Positions 33,582-47,668 of a DNA stretch of 64,000 nucleotides are shown here, piece after piece. Origin of the DNA: Candidatus Altimarinus sp. Lineage in GTDB: Bacteria > Patescibacteriota > Gracilibacteria > BD1-5 > UBA6164. A program made the position numbers and the translations under genes. Location: NCBI GenBank assembly GCA_020724225.1, contig DYHI01000003.1, forward strand, positions 1,103 through 65,102, given 5' to 3'. A model generated the notes under the pieces. That model made no database searches. It saw nothing but the letters and a program-made list of their open reading frames with translations, and was not told the origin of the DNA. Each line of letters opens with the position of its first letter. The stretch's first letter is position 1.

Positions 33582-35213
33582 ATGTCTCTATGACTTATTT
33601 CAACACTGACTATGTGACTTTTGTCAGCATTTGTCTTTGTAATTATATTTTTTGTTAACTTTTTTGGATGAATTGATGCATGAATCTGACCTATGTTAAT
33701 ATTTATAGTTTGATTTAACTTAATATTGTGGCTTATATCCCCTACTATATCAGATATAATGTACAAATGGTTATACAAAGTGTCTTGGATTTCTATTGAT
33801 GATATCGCTCTAGAATCACCAAAAACTGCAGAAATAATCAAAAAAATATGTAGTGAAAACAATATAAAAATCCCAAAATTCTGAATGATACCAGATGAAA
33901 ATCCTACAGCATTTACTTATGGATCAGGAAAATGGAATGCAAGGATAATTATCTCTCACGGTATAATAAGCTTCCTAAATGATGAAGAAAGATGAGCCGT
34001 TTACGCACATGAACTAGGACATATAAAAAACAATGATTTTATCATAATGACAATAGCTTCTACTCTTCTTCAAATACTTTATGAAATCTACGTAATATTT
34101 GCAAAAAATTCAAAATGAAATAAAAATAAAGAAAAATTAGCTATAGTATGACTTGTATCATATGCTTTCTATTTTATCTGACAATATGTACTTTTATATC
34201 TTTCTCGTACAAGAGAATATTTTGCTGACGAATTTGGTGCAAAGTATGCAGATCCAAACAGACTTGCAGATGCACTTATAAAAATAGCTTATGGTATACT
34301 TACAACTCCATCAAACAATAGACTTGTAGAATCAACAAAATTTATAGGTATTGCAAATGATAAAATGGCTAAATGAATTTGAATGCTTTATTATAATGTA
34401 TGACAAGATGATACAAATGATTTGATAGAAAAATCATTTTTGTATGATTTGAAAAGTCCATGGGCATTCATAACTGAGTTTACGTCTACTCACCCACTAA
34501 CTTGAAAAAGAATTGATAGACTTATGACATTAACTTCAGCTCCAAAATATGATATAAAAGCAATTGAAGAGAAATTTCCAGTTGATAAACAAAAACTTTA
34601 TTCTTGATTTGGGATGGATTTAGCATTCTTATTATCTACAACTTTGATGCCATTTTTATTTGCATTTATATGATTGGTAGTATTTTTTAGTAGCGAATCA
34701 GTTCCATTAATGGCTCTTGCTTGACTTATAATGGGTTATTGAGTTGCAACTTTGGTTAGAACATTTTGGGCATTTCCAAACACTAATTGAGAACCTACAA
34801 AAACTACAGTTTTGGAACTTATGTCAGATGTATATGCTTCACCAGTAAAATGAAAAACAGTAACTCTAACAGGAACAATAATTGGTAAATGAAATCCTTG
34901 ATATATATTTTCTGAAGATGTTATGTTCAAAGATGAAACATGATTAATGCATCTTGATTATCAAAGTAAAATTCCTTTGATTTGAAATCTAATATTTTCG
35001 CTTACAAAAGTACAAAAATTTATCTGACAAGCTGTAGTAACTACTTGATGGTTTTTCAGATGAGTTTCACACTATACAGTAGTAAATGAATTAAACTCAA
35101 CTGACGGAACACTTAAAGCATCAGGATGAGTAAAATTTTGGTGAGTTATTATATGATTTGTACTTGTATGAGTTTGAGTATGATTATGAATAATGTGACT
35201 TAGTCCAATGTAA
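33582..35213 (+). CDS. M48-family (HtpX-like) zinc metallopeptidase with a long polytopic C-terminal extension
   Basis: HELGHIKNND zinc motif, N-terminal TM helices, ...STHPLTGKRI. 543 aa. Confidence 0.8.
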
Positions 35214-35218
35214 AAAAT

Positions 35219-35253
35219 AAAAGAGTTAAAATGATTTAACTCTTTTATTTTTT
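35219..35253. terminator. Hairpin terminator between convergent genes
   Basis: aaaagagttaaa-atga-tttaactctttt followed by atttttt. Confidence 0.75.
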
Positions 35254-35943
35254 CATATAATATTTTTTCTTTTCTATATCCAATCTCTCAATAGCATACC
35301 TAAGCATAGTTCTTGACATAGTTTTATGAAACTTTTCTAGAAAATCACACAAAACTTTTTCATCTTTTTTCCCTACTTCTCTGAGCATCCAACCACATGC
35401 TTTTTGTATCAAATCATGTTTGTCACAAAGAAGTATTTCGCAGATTTTCAAAGTATCTTGAAAATCTCAATGTCTTAAGAAATAAAATGTAGTCAAAATA
35501 GCAACTCTTCTTTCCCAAATAATATCTGAAATAGTAAGTTTATATATTATACTTCTATCTTTATCAAAAAAATATTCTCAAAAAACATAAGGTATATAGC
35601 TATCAACTAAATCCCAATTATTTATATATCATAAATTTTTAAATGAAAAATTTATAATTTTTTCTCTTTCTATTAAATCTTTAGCTTTCAAAAAATTTAG
35701 TTTCAAAATTGCCAGTGATAGATACCTTTCTTCATGTATTTTGGAACAGAATAATTTTTGTATATCTTCAAATTTTAAGTCAATGTATTTTTTTGCTATT
35801 TTTTTAAGTTCAGGAACAGTGATTCATAAAAAAACATCTCATTCTCAGTATTCTCAAGGTCAAGTTTTGAAAAATCTTTGCAAAGTTTGAGCTTTGTAAG
35901 GATTTTTGAGAGAGTTTAGGTCTTGGAGTAAATAGTTTAACAT
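35245..35943 (-). CDS. DNA alkylation repair enzyme (AlkD-like HEAT-repeat protein)
   Basis: [30 protein letters not shown] and ACGWMLREVGKKD. 232 aa. Extends track ORF 35245-35451. Confidence 0.75.
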
Positions 35944-35955
35944 AAAAAATATTAA

Positions 35956-36747
35956 TTATTTTTTTAAATCTAAAGCAACTTCTTTCAAAAATCATATATC
36001 TAAAAATCAAGTAAATCTTCTTTTATCAAAAGGATTATCAAAACCATTAATAATAAATGATAAATATATATATAAAAATGAAATTAAAAATAGCATCACT
36101 GATTCCTCAAGAATAACAAAAACATCTGTTGATCAAGTTCAAATATCTAGAAAAAGTAATATTGCAATAACTATAAAAGTTATAAAATTTTTCAATGAAT
36201 ATACTATTGATGGTAAGGCACTTTTATCTTTAATATCTGAAATTCTTAAAAATCATTTTTTTACTATAGAAATTTCTTGTTTTAAACGAATTATATGATT
36301 TGCTGTTATTCATAATTTTTCTCAATTTGAAATAATTATCATCATATTATGAAATAATTCATCATTATTATATTGTATATCATCTGCTATAAAGTTATAA
36401 AAATTCATAAGTATTTTTGAAAAATCTTCTCATAATCATTTTTCGTCAAAATCATTTTTTAGTATTTTAAAATATTTTATATCATCTTTTATATTATTAA
36501 TAGAATTTTTAATATCAGTTAAAATTCTTTCACTTTCTTTATATTCTGAAATAAGAGGTGCTAAAATAAATCAATAAATAAAAATAACCGATGATAATAT
36601 AGATCAATAAATTGATATCGGTTCAATAAATTGATAATGATCTGGAATATATAATTTTAGTATCACTAATAAACTTGATAATAAAAATGCTGATAAAAAT
36701 ACTCATCTTATAAATATTTTTCTAAATTTTTTATTTACTTTTTTCAT
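35956..36747 (-). CDS. Hypothetical membrane protein (263 aa)
   Basis: Hydrophobic helices at both ends (…GVFLSAFLLSSLLVILKLYI…, …FITFIVIAILLFLDIG…). Confidence 0.55.
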
Positions 36748-36764
36748 ATGTTATTAATTATTAT

Positions 36765-38993
<2,229 letters not shown>

Positions 38994-39323
38994 AATTATA
39001 ACAATTACTACCTAGGATTTTTGCTAAGGTAAAATAAAATATAAATAAATTTTAATCAATATAAATTCATTTTCAATTCTATTTTATTTTTTACAACTTT
39101 TTAACTATTTGAAATTTATTAACTTTTCTTGTTTACATTTTTTATACAAAAACCAATTTTTAAAACAAAAAATCATATATTTTTATCGAAAAAATAGTAG
39201 AAAAATCATGTATTTCCTGTAAAATAATAAAAGTTTATCGAAAATTATTTTCGCTATATTAAGCCAGAATTACAATACATATATTTTAAACAACATAATA
39301 TTATATTTCGTCAAGCTTATTTT

Positions 39324-39353
39324 TTGGCAATTAAAATTAATTCCAGGTATAAT
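39324..39353 (+). promoter_or_regulatory. Near-consensus sigma-70-type promoter
   Basis: TTGGCA (39324-39329), 18-nt spacer, TATAAT (39348-39353). It faces a region with no ORF. Confidence 0.55.
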
Positions 39354-39359
39354 ATATAT

Positions 39360-39862
39360 GTATTAAGTTAAGTTCTTTTACATTTTCTTACTCTCCTAGA
39401 TGGGAAATACAAAACCTAGTATCACTCCCTAGTAAACATAAGTTTACTCAACCAAACCAAAAAAACACAAAAATAAAAACAAAAACAAGGTGTTAGCGGT
39501 AAGATAAATTATGTCCGTCTTTCTCAAATTAATTTTTGACAGAAAGTTGGTTTTATAAGACGGATATTATTTATCTTCAAACATACCTTCAAAAAAATAA
39601 AAAATTAAAAAATTTTTTAAAACAAAAAACAAAAGAGCATGGTGAATAGCTCTTAAATAATTACCCAAGGATAGTAAGAAAGGTGTAGGATAAAGTTCTA
39701 ATGAATCTTTACCTATACCAAACCGTAATAAAGGTTATTACAAAAACTAAATCCTTTTTCCCCTGGACAACTAAACATATTTATATAGTCCAGGCATGTG
39801 AAACTGGATTATATAAAAAAGCTAAGTCCCTTCTACCAAGAATACTTAGCTAATTTTTTTGT
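39360..39862 (+). ncRNA. Candidate ~500-nt structured non-coding RNA of unknown class
   Basis: No ORF over 30 codons in any frame under code 25. Nested long hairpin aagataaattatgtccgtctt...aagacggatattatttatctt (39501-39577). Further hairpins 39766-39815. A-rich linkers. Terminal hairpin agctaagt...acttagct (39820-39851) followed by a T7 run. Confidence 0.45.
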
Positions 39863-39874
39863 TTAAATTTTTAA

Positions 39875-39909
39875 ACAAAAAAAATACCAATATCAGTATA
39901 TTGGTATTT
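39875..39909 (-). terminator. efp terminator
   Basis: The minus strand reads aataccaatata-ctg-atattggtatt followed by tttttttt. Confidence 0.8.
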
Positions 39910-39921
39910 AAATAATTTAGA

Positions 39922-40470
39922 TTATTTAACTTTCTCCATAAAATCTCCTGTAGAAGTATTTACAACTATTTCATCTCAAACTTCAATATTTCAAGGAACT
40001 CCTATTTTCAATCAAGTATCTGTAACTGCATCTTTCATATAATTTCATGATGAAGTTAAATCAACTTCTGCAATTTTTAATTTTACATAAGTAGGCAATA
40101 TAATTCAAACAAATTTTCATTCATATTGTTGTATATCAATTGTACTTCATTCTACTAAGTAAAATTTCATATCTCCTATATCATCATCATTTAGTTCTAT
40201 TTGTTCATAAGTTTCTTGATTCATAAATACAAACATTCAAGACGATTCATACAAAAATTCAAAAGTTGTTCTTTCTAAAATAACATCATTTAATTTATCC
40301 TCACCTGAAAAAACTCTATCAGTAGATCATCAATTTGATATATTTTTTAATCTCATTTTTATCGTTGTTGCTCATCTACCTGCTCTATGGAACTCCCATT
40401 TATTTACAAAGAATAAATCTCAATCTATATCAAGTACTGTACCTGGTTTTGCATCAAATGCTGTTTTCAT
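39922..40470 (-). CDS. efp: Elongation factor P
   Basis: MKTAFDAKPGTVLDIDGDLFFVNKWEFHRAGRGATTIKMRLKN... 182 aa. Confidence 0.9.
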
Positions 40471-40491
40471 AAGTGTTATTTAAAAAATAAA

Positions 40492-41289
40492 TTATATATT
40501 TAGTCTAAAATTGGCCTCCTCATACCCTTTCTCAGTTATCTCATCAATCTTTCCAAAGTCATAATATTCATAACTACTTATATCTGGACTAAGTAAAATT
40601 ATATCTTTTCATCTTGCTTTTGCAAGTTCTATACTTAAATCTTCATTTGTTCACATCAAAATAGTAATAGTTTTTTTCAATATTTGATAATTGTATCAAA
40701 AAAATCATTTTTTAAATTCAAAATTTCAAATTTTTCTTTTTGTTACTATTTCTTTTCACTTATCCCTAATAGCAGAAACTGCAATTATATCTTTTCATTC
40801 AAGATCTAATATTGGTAAATTTGCTTTTAATCAACCATCTATAAAATTATTTCAAAGATATTCAAATGAAGTAAATATCATTGGCAAACTGATACTTGCT
40901 CTCACAGCATCAACTATTCTTCACTTTAGAAAAACAATTTTATCTCAAGTATTTATATCTGTTGCAATTATTTTTAATTTAATTTTTGCATCTTCGATTT
41001 TTATTTCTCAGAAAATTTTTTCGAGTACTTTATAAACTTTATTTCCTGAAACAACTCATTTTTTTAAATCTAAATCAATCATTTTTAGGAAATTTATACT
41101 TTTTGCAATTTCTTTTATCTCATCAGTTGTCTTTCATATAGCAAAACATGCTCAAATAATTGCTCACATACTTGTTCAAGCAATTTCACTTATTTTAATA
41201 TCATTTTCTTCTATATATTTCAAAACTCATATGTGACAAAGTCATCTTGCAGCTCATCAACCAAGAGCTAGGGAGTAGGATTTTTTCAT
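40492..41289 (-). CDS. Patatin-like phospholipase
   Basis: LGGGAARG oxyanion motif, GTSMGAI nucleophile, IDGG. 265 aa. Confidence 0.85.
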
Positions 41290-41296
41290 AGGTATT

Positions 41297-43972
41297 TTAT
41301 TTAATCATATTTTTTAAAATTTTATAATCAGTCTTCCCTGTTCCAAGAACTGGAATACTTTCCACAATTATATTTTCTGTAATTTTTACAAGATTACTAA
41401 CTCATCTTTTTCTCAGGTAATCATTTACTTCTTCAATTTCTATCTTTTCAATAGAAAACAAAACTATTTTTGCATTTCCATCTTTTTCAAGAGCTTCAAT
41501 TGCTATTCTCAATTCTTTATCACTACCATATTTTTCTAGCAATATATTTTCCACAAATGGAAGTGAAATCATCTCTCAAGCTATTTTTATAAATCTTTTA
41601 AGTCTACCAGTAATTGATAAAAATCAATCATTATCTACAAATCATAAATCTCAAGTTTTATAATACAATTTTCAATCAATTTCTTCAAAAGGACTTTCGA
41701 GTTTTTCATCTAGGTATCAGCTAAATATAGAACTTCAAGATACATAAATCATTCATTGAGATCAAATTGGAAGTTCTTTATAATAGATTCCTGCCTCCGC
41801 AGGAATGACAGAAGGTATTGTATTTATATCTATTATTTTATATTCCAAATTTGGGAGAATTTTTCAGACAGTTCATGGTTTACTTCAAACTATAGGATTT
41901 ATAGAAACAACAGGACTACACTCAGTTATTCCATATCATTCCAAAATTACTCAATTTGGTGATAATTCTTTAAATCTTTCAAATACTTCTTTTGAACATT
42001 TTTCAGCTCAAACTACTGCATATTTTACATTTTTTAAATAATCTCAACTTGCAAGAGCCATTATCATTTTCAAGAAAGTTGGAGTAGAAGTGATGGCTGA
42101 CACTTTTGTATGTTTAATTATTTCCAAAATAGTTTTTGCATCATTTGGATCTGGAGTATTTGCAACTCTTAAGGATGTAATAAGAGGCATAATAGAATTT
42201 ATAGTGAATCAAAAACTATGAAATGGTGGAAGAAATCCTAGAAGTATATCATCAGATTTTAATTCAAAAATATTTAATGCTCATTTAATATTTTCTATCA
42301 AATTTGTATGTGTAAGTGGAACTGCTTTTGGTAAACTTTCAGATCATGAAGTAAAAAGTATAACTGCATTTTCTTGAAGTTTTGGAATTGGTAGATAAAA
42401 ACTTTTTAAAAGTGCATAAATTTTTTCTGAAACTTTTCATCATTTAAGTAAATCTTCCAAAAATAGAAATCTTCAATTATTTTTATGTTCTTCTAAAAAA
42501 TCATTTTTAACTCTATCATAAAAACTTGAAACTGTTATTATTTTATCAACTTTTGAAAATTTTACACAGTGATCAAATGCTTCTTTCCCTAGAGTCCAAT
42601 TAAACATCACTGGGGTTTTTCCTGCTAAGTAAGTTGCAATTATAAGTAAACTAGCTCATGATACAGCAGGCATCATAATTCCTATATATTCTCAATCTAT
42701 TTTTTTAATTCTTTTCGATATAAAATAAGCTTTTAAAATGAAATCTTTTTTTGTTTGAAGTCAAAGGATATTGTCCCAAATAAAAGTTTCATTTTTATTT
42801 TCCCTAAAGTTTTGTTTCTACAAATCAAGAATTGTTTTATATTTTCTATTATTAATTTTTTCAAACAAATTAGTTACAATTGCATTTTGTTTTCCCCACT
42901 CACACTCTTTCAACTTCTCATAACTTTTACTTTTTCAAACTGCCATTACATACAAATCTCAAACTGTTTTTAAATCAGTTATTGGAGGATTTGAAGCTCA
43001 AGGAAAATTTGCTTGAACAAATGATTTTATTTCAGCAGCATCTAGGCTATCGAAAAATAAATCTAAAATAAGTTTTGAATTATCATCTATTTTTGTTTTA
43101 TCAATTCATTTAATAATTGATATTTTTTCATTAATCTTCACTTTTACATCTTCTGGGATCTGTGATAAATCATAATTATTAGTAATATTTAATTCTTTTT
43201 CCGAACCTGTAATAATACTCGGTTCTTTTTTATCTTTTACATCGTTATAGAAAAAATAATGTGGGATGTATCTTAATTCTTCTAGTGGTTCAACATTATA
43301 AAAATCTTCTAAAAATTTATTGAACTCATTAAGAGATTTTGTTTTATTTTCATTTATTTCTTTTGTGATATCAAAAATTTCTATATTTACATCTCTTTTT
43401 GGAACAAAAAATAGTAAATTAGCAAAAGTAAATTTTATGCTTTGAATATATGCTTTAATAAAAGTTGTTTCACCATTATCCCAAGCTTTTGACCAAATAC
43501 TTCCCCAAAGTCATCTTTGTCTCAATCAAATAACTTTTGTATTTTCAGGCATATTATTTGCAATAAAATATGCTGATTGTTTTCACTTAATACTTTCAAA
43601 ATTTTGTCTATAGATTTGACCAGATGGATAAATGAGTATATTTTTTCATTCTTTTAATCACTCTACAATTGAAGTAAATACTTTTTTTACATCTTCCGCT
43701 GATGCTCAAGCAGTCATTTCTCAAATAGGTACAGCTCAAACCAAATTCATAGCCTGTTTCAAAACTGGAAGTTTATAATATTTCTCAGAAGCAACAGGTG
43801 AAGCAATTATATATTTTCACAAAAAAGCTATAAGAATACGAGGATCAACCAAAGCGACATGATTTGGTAAAACCAAAATTGGTCAATTGTGTTTCAGATT
43901 TTCTACTCATTTTAGTGTTACTTTGTAACGGATAGAAAGGATTAGACGAACGATGAAAAGAATTAGTTTCAT
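41297..43972 (-). CDS. Aas-like trifunctional protein: lysophospholipid acyltransferase, acyl-carrier domain, acyl-AMP ligase. Interrupted by one in-frame TAG.
   Basis: LPNHVALVDP acyltransferase motif. LFFDSLDAAEI carrier motif. AMP-binding motifs LFTSGSESLPKAVPLTH, EGYGITE, YYKTGDLG, GTGKTDY. One frame of 891 codons from start to stop, with TAG at 42818-42820. Confidence 0.75.
41783..41809 (-). repeat. Single hairpin module in frame in the AMP-ligase domain
   Basis: Reverse complement gtcattcctgcggaggcaggaatctat encodes VIPAEAGIY, between ...KIIDINTIPS and YKELPIGSQGMIYV. Confidence 0.9.
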
Positions 43973-43988
43973 AAGTATTGGTTAAGAG

Positions 43989-45197
43989 TTATTTTATTTT
44001 TATTTGTTTTCTATAAAGTAAACCTCAAATTATCATCATAATAATTCAAAGTAATATCATCAAAATTCAATATCAAAGTTTTTCCAAAATAAAACTACTA
44101 GTAAACATCATAGAAAATAAGATCATACTAAAAACAAGTCAAAAAGTACTTGCTCAATACTCCTTTTTATCTTCATCTCAGATAGTTTTTAATAAAAATG
44201 AGTCTACCAGATTTGAACTAACTCAGAAAAATAATCAAAGTATTACTGCCAAAATTTTCATAGCAATAAATGTAGTAGCTAAAAATGAAAATGAAATTAT
44301 AACAAATGAAAACAATACATTAAAAATAATAAAATATTTCCATCTATTTTTATTCATTTTAACTGAAAGTAGATTTCAGACTATTGCTCAAATAGCAGAA
44401 TAAAAAAGAATAAAAGTAGCCACTGATGTCTCAATGTTAAAAGTCTTAGTACTATATTCAACTGAAGATTGTGCTACAATTGTAGAAACTGTCCATAGAA
44501 AAGAAGATGTAATTATTATAAAACTATAATTTTTCAATATATATTTTAAGTCCGGAATATATGCTTTTATTGCTTGTTTTAAACTTTCTTTTCTTTCAAA
44601 AAGATATTTTCACCAACCATGAGAAACAAGTGAAGTAAAACTAACTTTATCATAATCTAAATTAAATGAAGCAATTGAAGCAAATGCTAAAAGTCACATA
44701 ATTACAAGATATCCTTCTTTTCATAATTTTTCAAATAATAAACTTCAAACAACAGATCAAATGATGATAAATACAACAAATGTAATTCAAACTAGTGCAT
44801 TTACAAGTGTTTCTGGCAATCATGTTTTTTTGATTTCTATTGCTATAATTACACTTTTCACAACATTCCAAAGTCAGTATAAAAATCACAAAAGTGTTAC
44901 AACTAAAGCAAATGAAAAACTATTTTCAAATCAAAAGAAGTATCATATACTTACAAAAAGTAATGATAAAACAGAAATTACAAACAGATAATATTTTTTC
45001 AAAAAAGTTGAAGCAAAAGCTCATCAAACCAAAAATGCAAATACTGATCAAAGACTTAGGTATCAAGCAACTTTTTGTAAATCCATATCTAAAGTAACTC
45101 AATTTACTCACCACATATAAAATTTAATAGTTGCAAAAAATGTTGCCCATACAGCAACCAAAATTATAAAAATAATAAATGTTTTAAATTTGTTCAT
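43989..45197 (-). CDS. MFS transporter, LplT-like (lysophospholipid transporter)
   Basis: ~12 TM, 402 aa, immediately upstream of the aas-like gene, as in the lplT-aas arrangement of proteobacteria. The assignment comes from context and topology. Confidence 0.6.
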
Positions 45198-45227
45198 AAA
45201 AAATAATTAATAAATACTTATCTTATT

Positions 45228-45818
45228 TTACTCGAAATCAACACAAACACTGTAAAAAACATCATCTTTTCTTCCAAAAAACACTTGCCTATTTTGTCAT
45301 TTATAGTTTAGTGATAGAAATAATGTAAAATCTAATCAAGTAATAGTTTTTTTACTATCTTTTACTGATTTCAATATAATATTTTTCATATCATCTAAAC
45401 TTCCAAAAATATATTTTATTACACTTTCTTTTGCAGTCCAAAGTATGAAAAAGTTTTCAAAGTTCTTTCATCAAAGTACAATATATTCTTCATCATCAAA
45501 TTGATTTAAAACTGATATATCTCTTTCTTTGTATACTTCTATATCAATTCATATTTTTTTGTCACTAACTCAAACAAAAACTAAATCATCTTTATGTGAT
45601 ATAGTCCAAAAAAGCCAATTATCAAAAATAGGCTTTCAAGTTTTATCAATCTGTGGAAAATAGTTTTTAATTCAAAATTCTCTCTCAATTTCTTTTGAAA
45701 TCAGATATCTAGCAACTAGAGATTCTTTTGAATTAAAATTATTTATGTAATTTTTTGGGAAATAGTTTAATGTATCTTGATATAATGAATCAATATTATT
45801 TTGTATTTGTAAGTTCAT
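45228..45818 (-). CDS. 4'-phosphopantetheinyl transferase (Sfp-type)
   Basis: WTISHKDDLVFVGVS, IGIDIE, WTAKESVIKY. 196 aa. The ATG is 1 nt after the radical SAM stop. Confidence 0.8.
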
Positions 45819-45819
45819 T

Positions 45820-47202
45820 TTAATTATTATAAAACATATTATAAGTTGAAAATGGATAAACCTTCCCTGGCTCAATTATAAAATTACATTCTCTTTTTAT
45901 ATTTGTAGAATCAAAATTATACATATCACTAAATTCCATAATAACTATTCTAAAAACATTTTTATAACTCATATATTCTGGGGCTATAAAATCTGGCCAA
46001 CAACAAAAAAGTTTTCTTTTAATTCTATCCTTTAAGATATTTTCTCACATAGCAGTATCTAAACTTACTGTTTCTATAACTGTTTTTATAAAATCTCTAT
46101 CTTGTTCAAATGCAACTGTTCATTTTTGATGAGTTATAACTTCTCTTGGGATTTTTCAAGTAACAGGAAGTATATTTATATTTCAATCTTTAATAGTTTT
46201 TATAGCATATCAAACACTTATTTTATGTGGATCACAAGGAAGTGGAATCATATCATCACTGGTAAATCAATTTTTATTTGTATCTATTACTTTTTGTCTT
46301 ATTTCAGATAATGTTATCTTATAATCATTCTCTGAATCGTTTCTTCATACATCACTTATAGGTTGAAAAACTATTCATCTGACACAGTCTTCTCGAGTTG
46401 CAAAATTAATTAATTCTCAAATTTCTTCATCATTTACTCATCTTGAAACTACACAAACAAGTGTTGTAGAAATATCATATTTATTTAACATTGCTAAAGC
46501 TTTTTTTCTTGTTTGTAGCATATCTTGATTTCTTAGAATTTTTAGAGTTTCTTCTTTTAGAGAATCAAATTGTAAATACACTTCAAATCAAGGTCATAAA
46601 TCTTTTAATGATGCAACAAAATTTTCATCATTTGCGATTTTAATTCCGTTTGTATTTAGCATTAGGTGTCTAACTGGTCATGATTTTAAATATTTCAAAA
46701 TACCCAAAATTTCTGGATGAAGAGTTGGTTCTCATCATGTTACTTGTATGAGATCAGGTTTTGATTCAACTTTTAAAAGAGTTAAATGCATAATTTTTAT
46801 ATCAGCTAAACTTTTATAATTTCATTTTCAAGGTTCTGCTTTATGATAACAAATATTACATTTCATATTACATTCATCAGTTACATTAAAAAGAGCTAAG
46901 CAAGGATGATTTTGATGTTGAGGACAAACTCAACAATCCCAAGGGCATCAATGTTTTACTTCTGTCAAAGCAGTTTCTGGAAGATCAGGAAGTTTTAAGT
47001 AGTTTTCACACTTTTTATAATATTCAAGATCCGTTGATATTTTTACAAAAGTTTCTCCACAATCAGGACAAAATTTTCTCAAAAAAACTTCATTATCTTT
47101 TGAAACTATATGAGTATCAATGAGTTTTTTTGTTTTACAAAGATGACAAAAACTTTGTGTAGTAGATAGAAATATATCATAGTTTCTGTTGTATTGTGCC
47201 AT
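45820..47202 (-). CDS. Radical SAM protein with an N-terminal Cys4 zinc ribbon (MJ0619/Tes-like architecture)
   Basis: CHLC...CPDCG ribbon, GCPWDCGVCPQHQNHPC, CNMKCNICY (CX3CX2C), VTGGEPT, C-terminal ...ECNFIIEPGKVYPFSTYN. 460 aa. Confidence 0.75.
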
Positions 47203-47206
47203 AATT

Positions 47207-47668
47207 TTATTTATAAAATAATCACATTTTTCAATTTAATTTATTATAAATTAAATATAATGAAATTAATCAAGTTATAATCAAAAATATTCAAAAAAAT
47301 TTATCTTTATAATAATTATCTTCAAATAATATTATTCATCAAAAGACTAATAATCAAACTCAAACAAAAAATAATGACAACCATCAAATAAATTTAAGAA
47401 TTTTTCACAATAAATCTTTTATAGTTATTCAATTATTTATTATGTATAATATTAATCAAAATCAATATTTTAATATAAGATAAATTAAATAAAATCAAAA
47501 AATTACTATTGGATAAAACAGTAAATTTGATAATCTATAATATTCATATGAAGTCATATATATCAAAAAAGTTCATCAACATAAAACTCAAAAAATTCAT
47601 AATAAAATAAATAAAACTAATAATATAATTAATAATATTTGTTTTGTGGTAAGTTTATTATTTTCCAT
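47207..47668 (-). CDS. Small polytopic membrane protein (153 aa)
   Basis: MENNKLTTKQILLIILLVLFILLGIFGVLCGG... Its ATG overlaps the lgt 3' end and it stops 4 nt before the radical SAM ATG. Confidence 0.55.

Noticed and set aside
39183-39250. Two TTATCGAAAA direct repeats ~50 nt apart in the AT-rich gap, as DnaA boxes or an origin.
   Set aside because: They are a poor match to TTATCCACA, there are only two copies, and there is no dnaA/dnaN context. More likely this is the promoter/UP region of ligA.
39360-39862. Assigning the non-coding unit to RNase P RNA, tmRNA, SRP RNA or 6S RNA.
   Set aside because: There is no GAGGAAAGUCC/ACAGAA..GGCUUA pair, no tRNA-like GGUUCGA..CCA end, no tag ORF and no GGAA-tetraloop/AGCA helix-8 motif. 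6S cannot be judged by eye.
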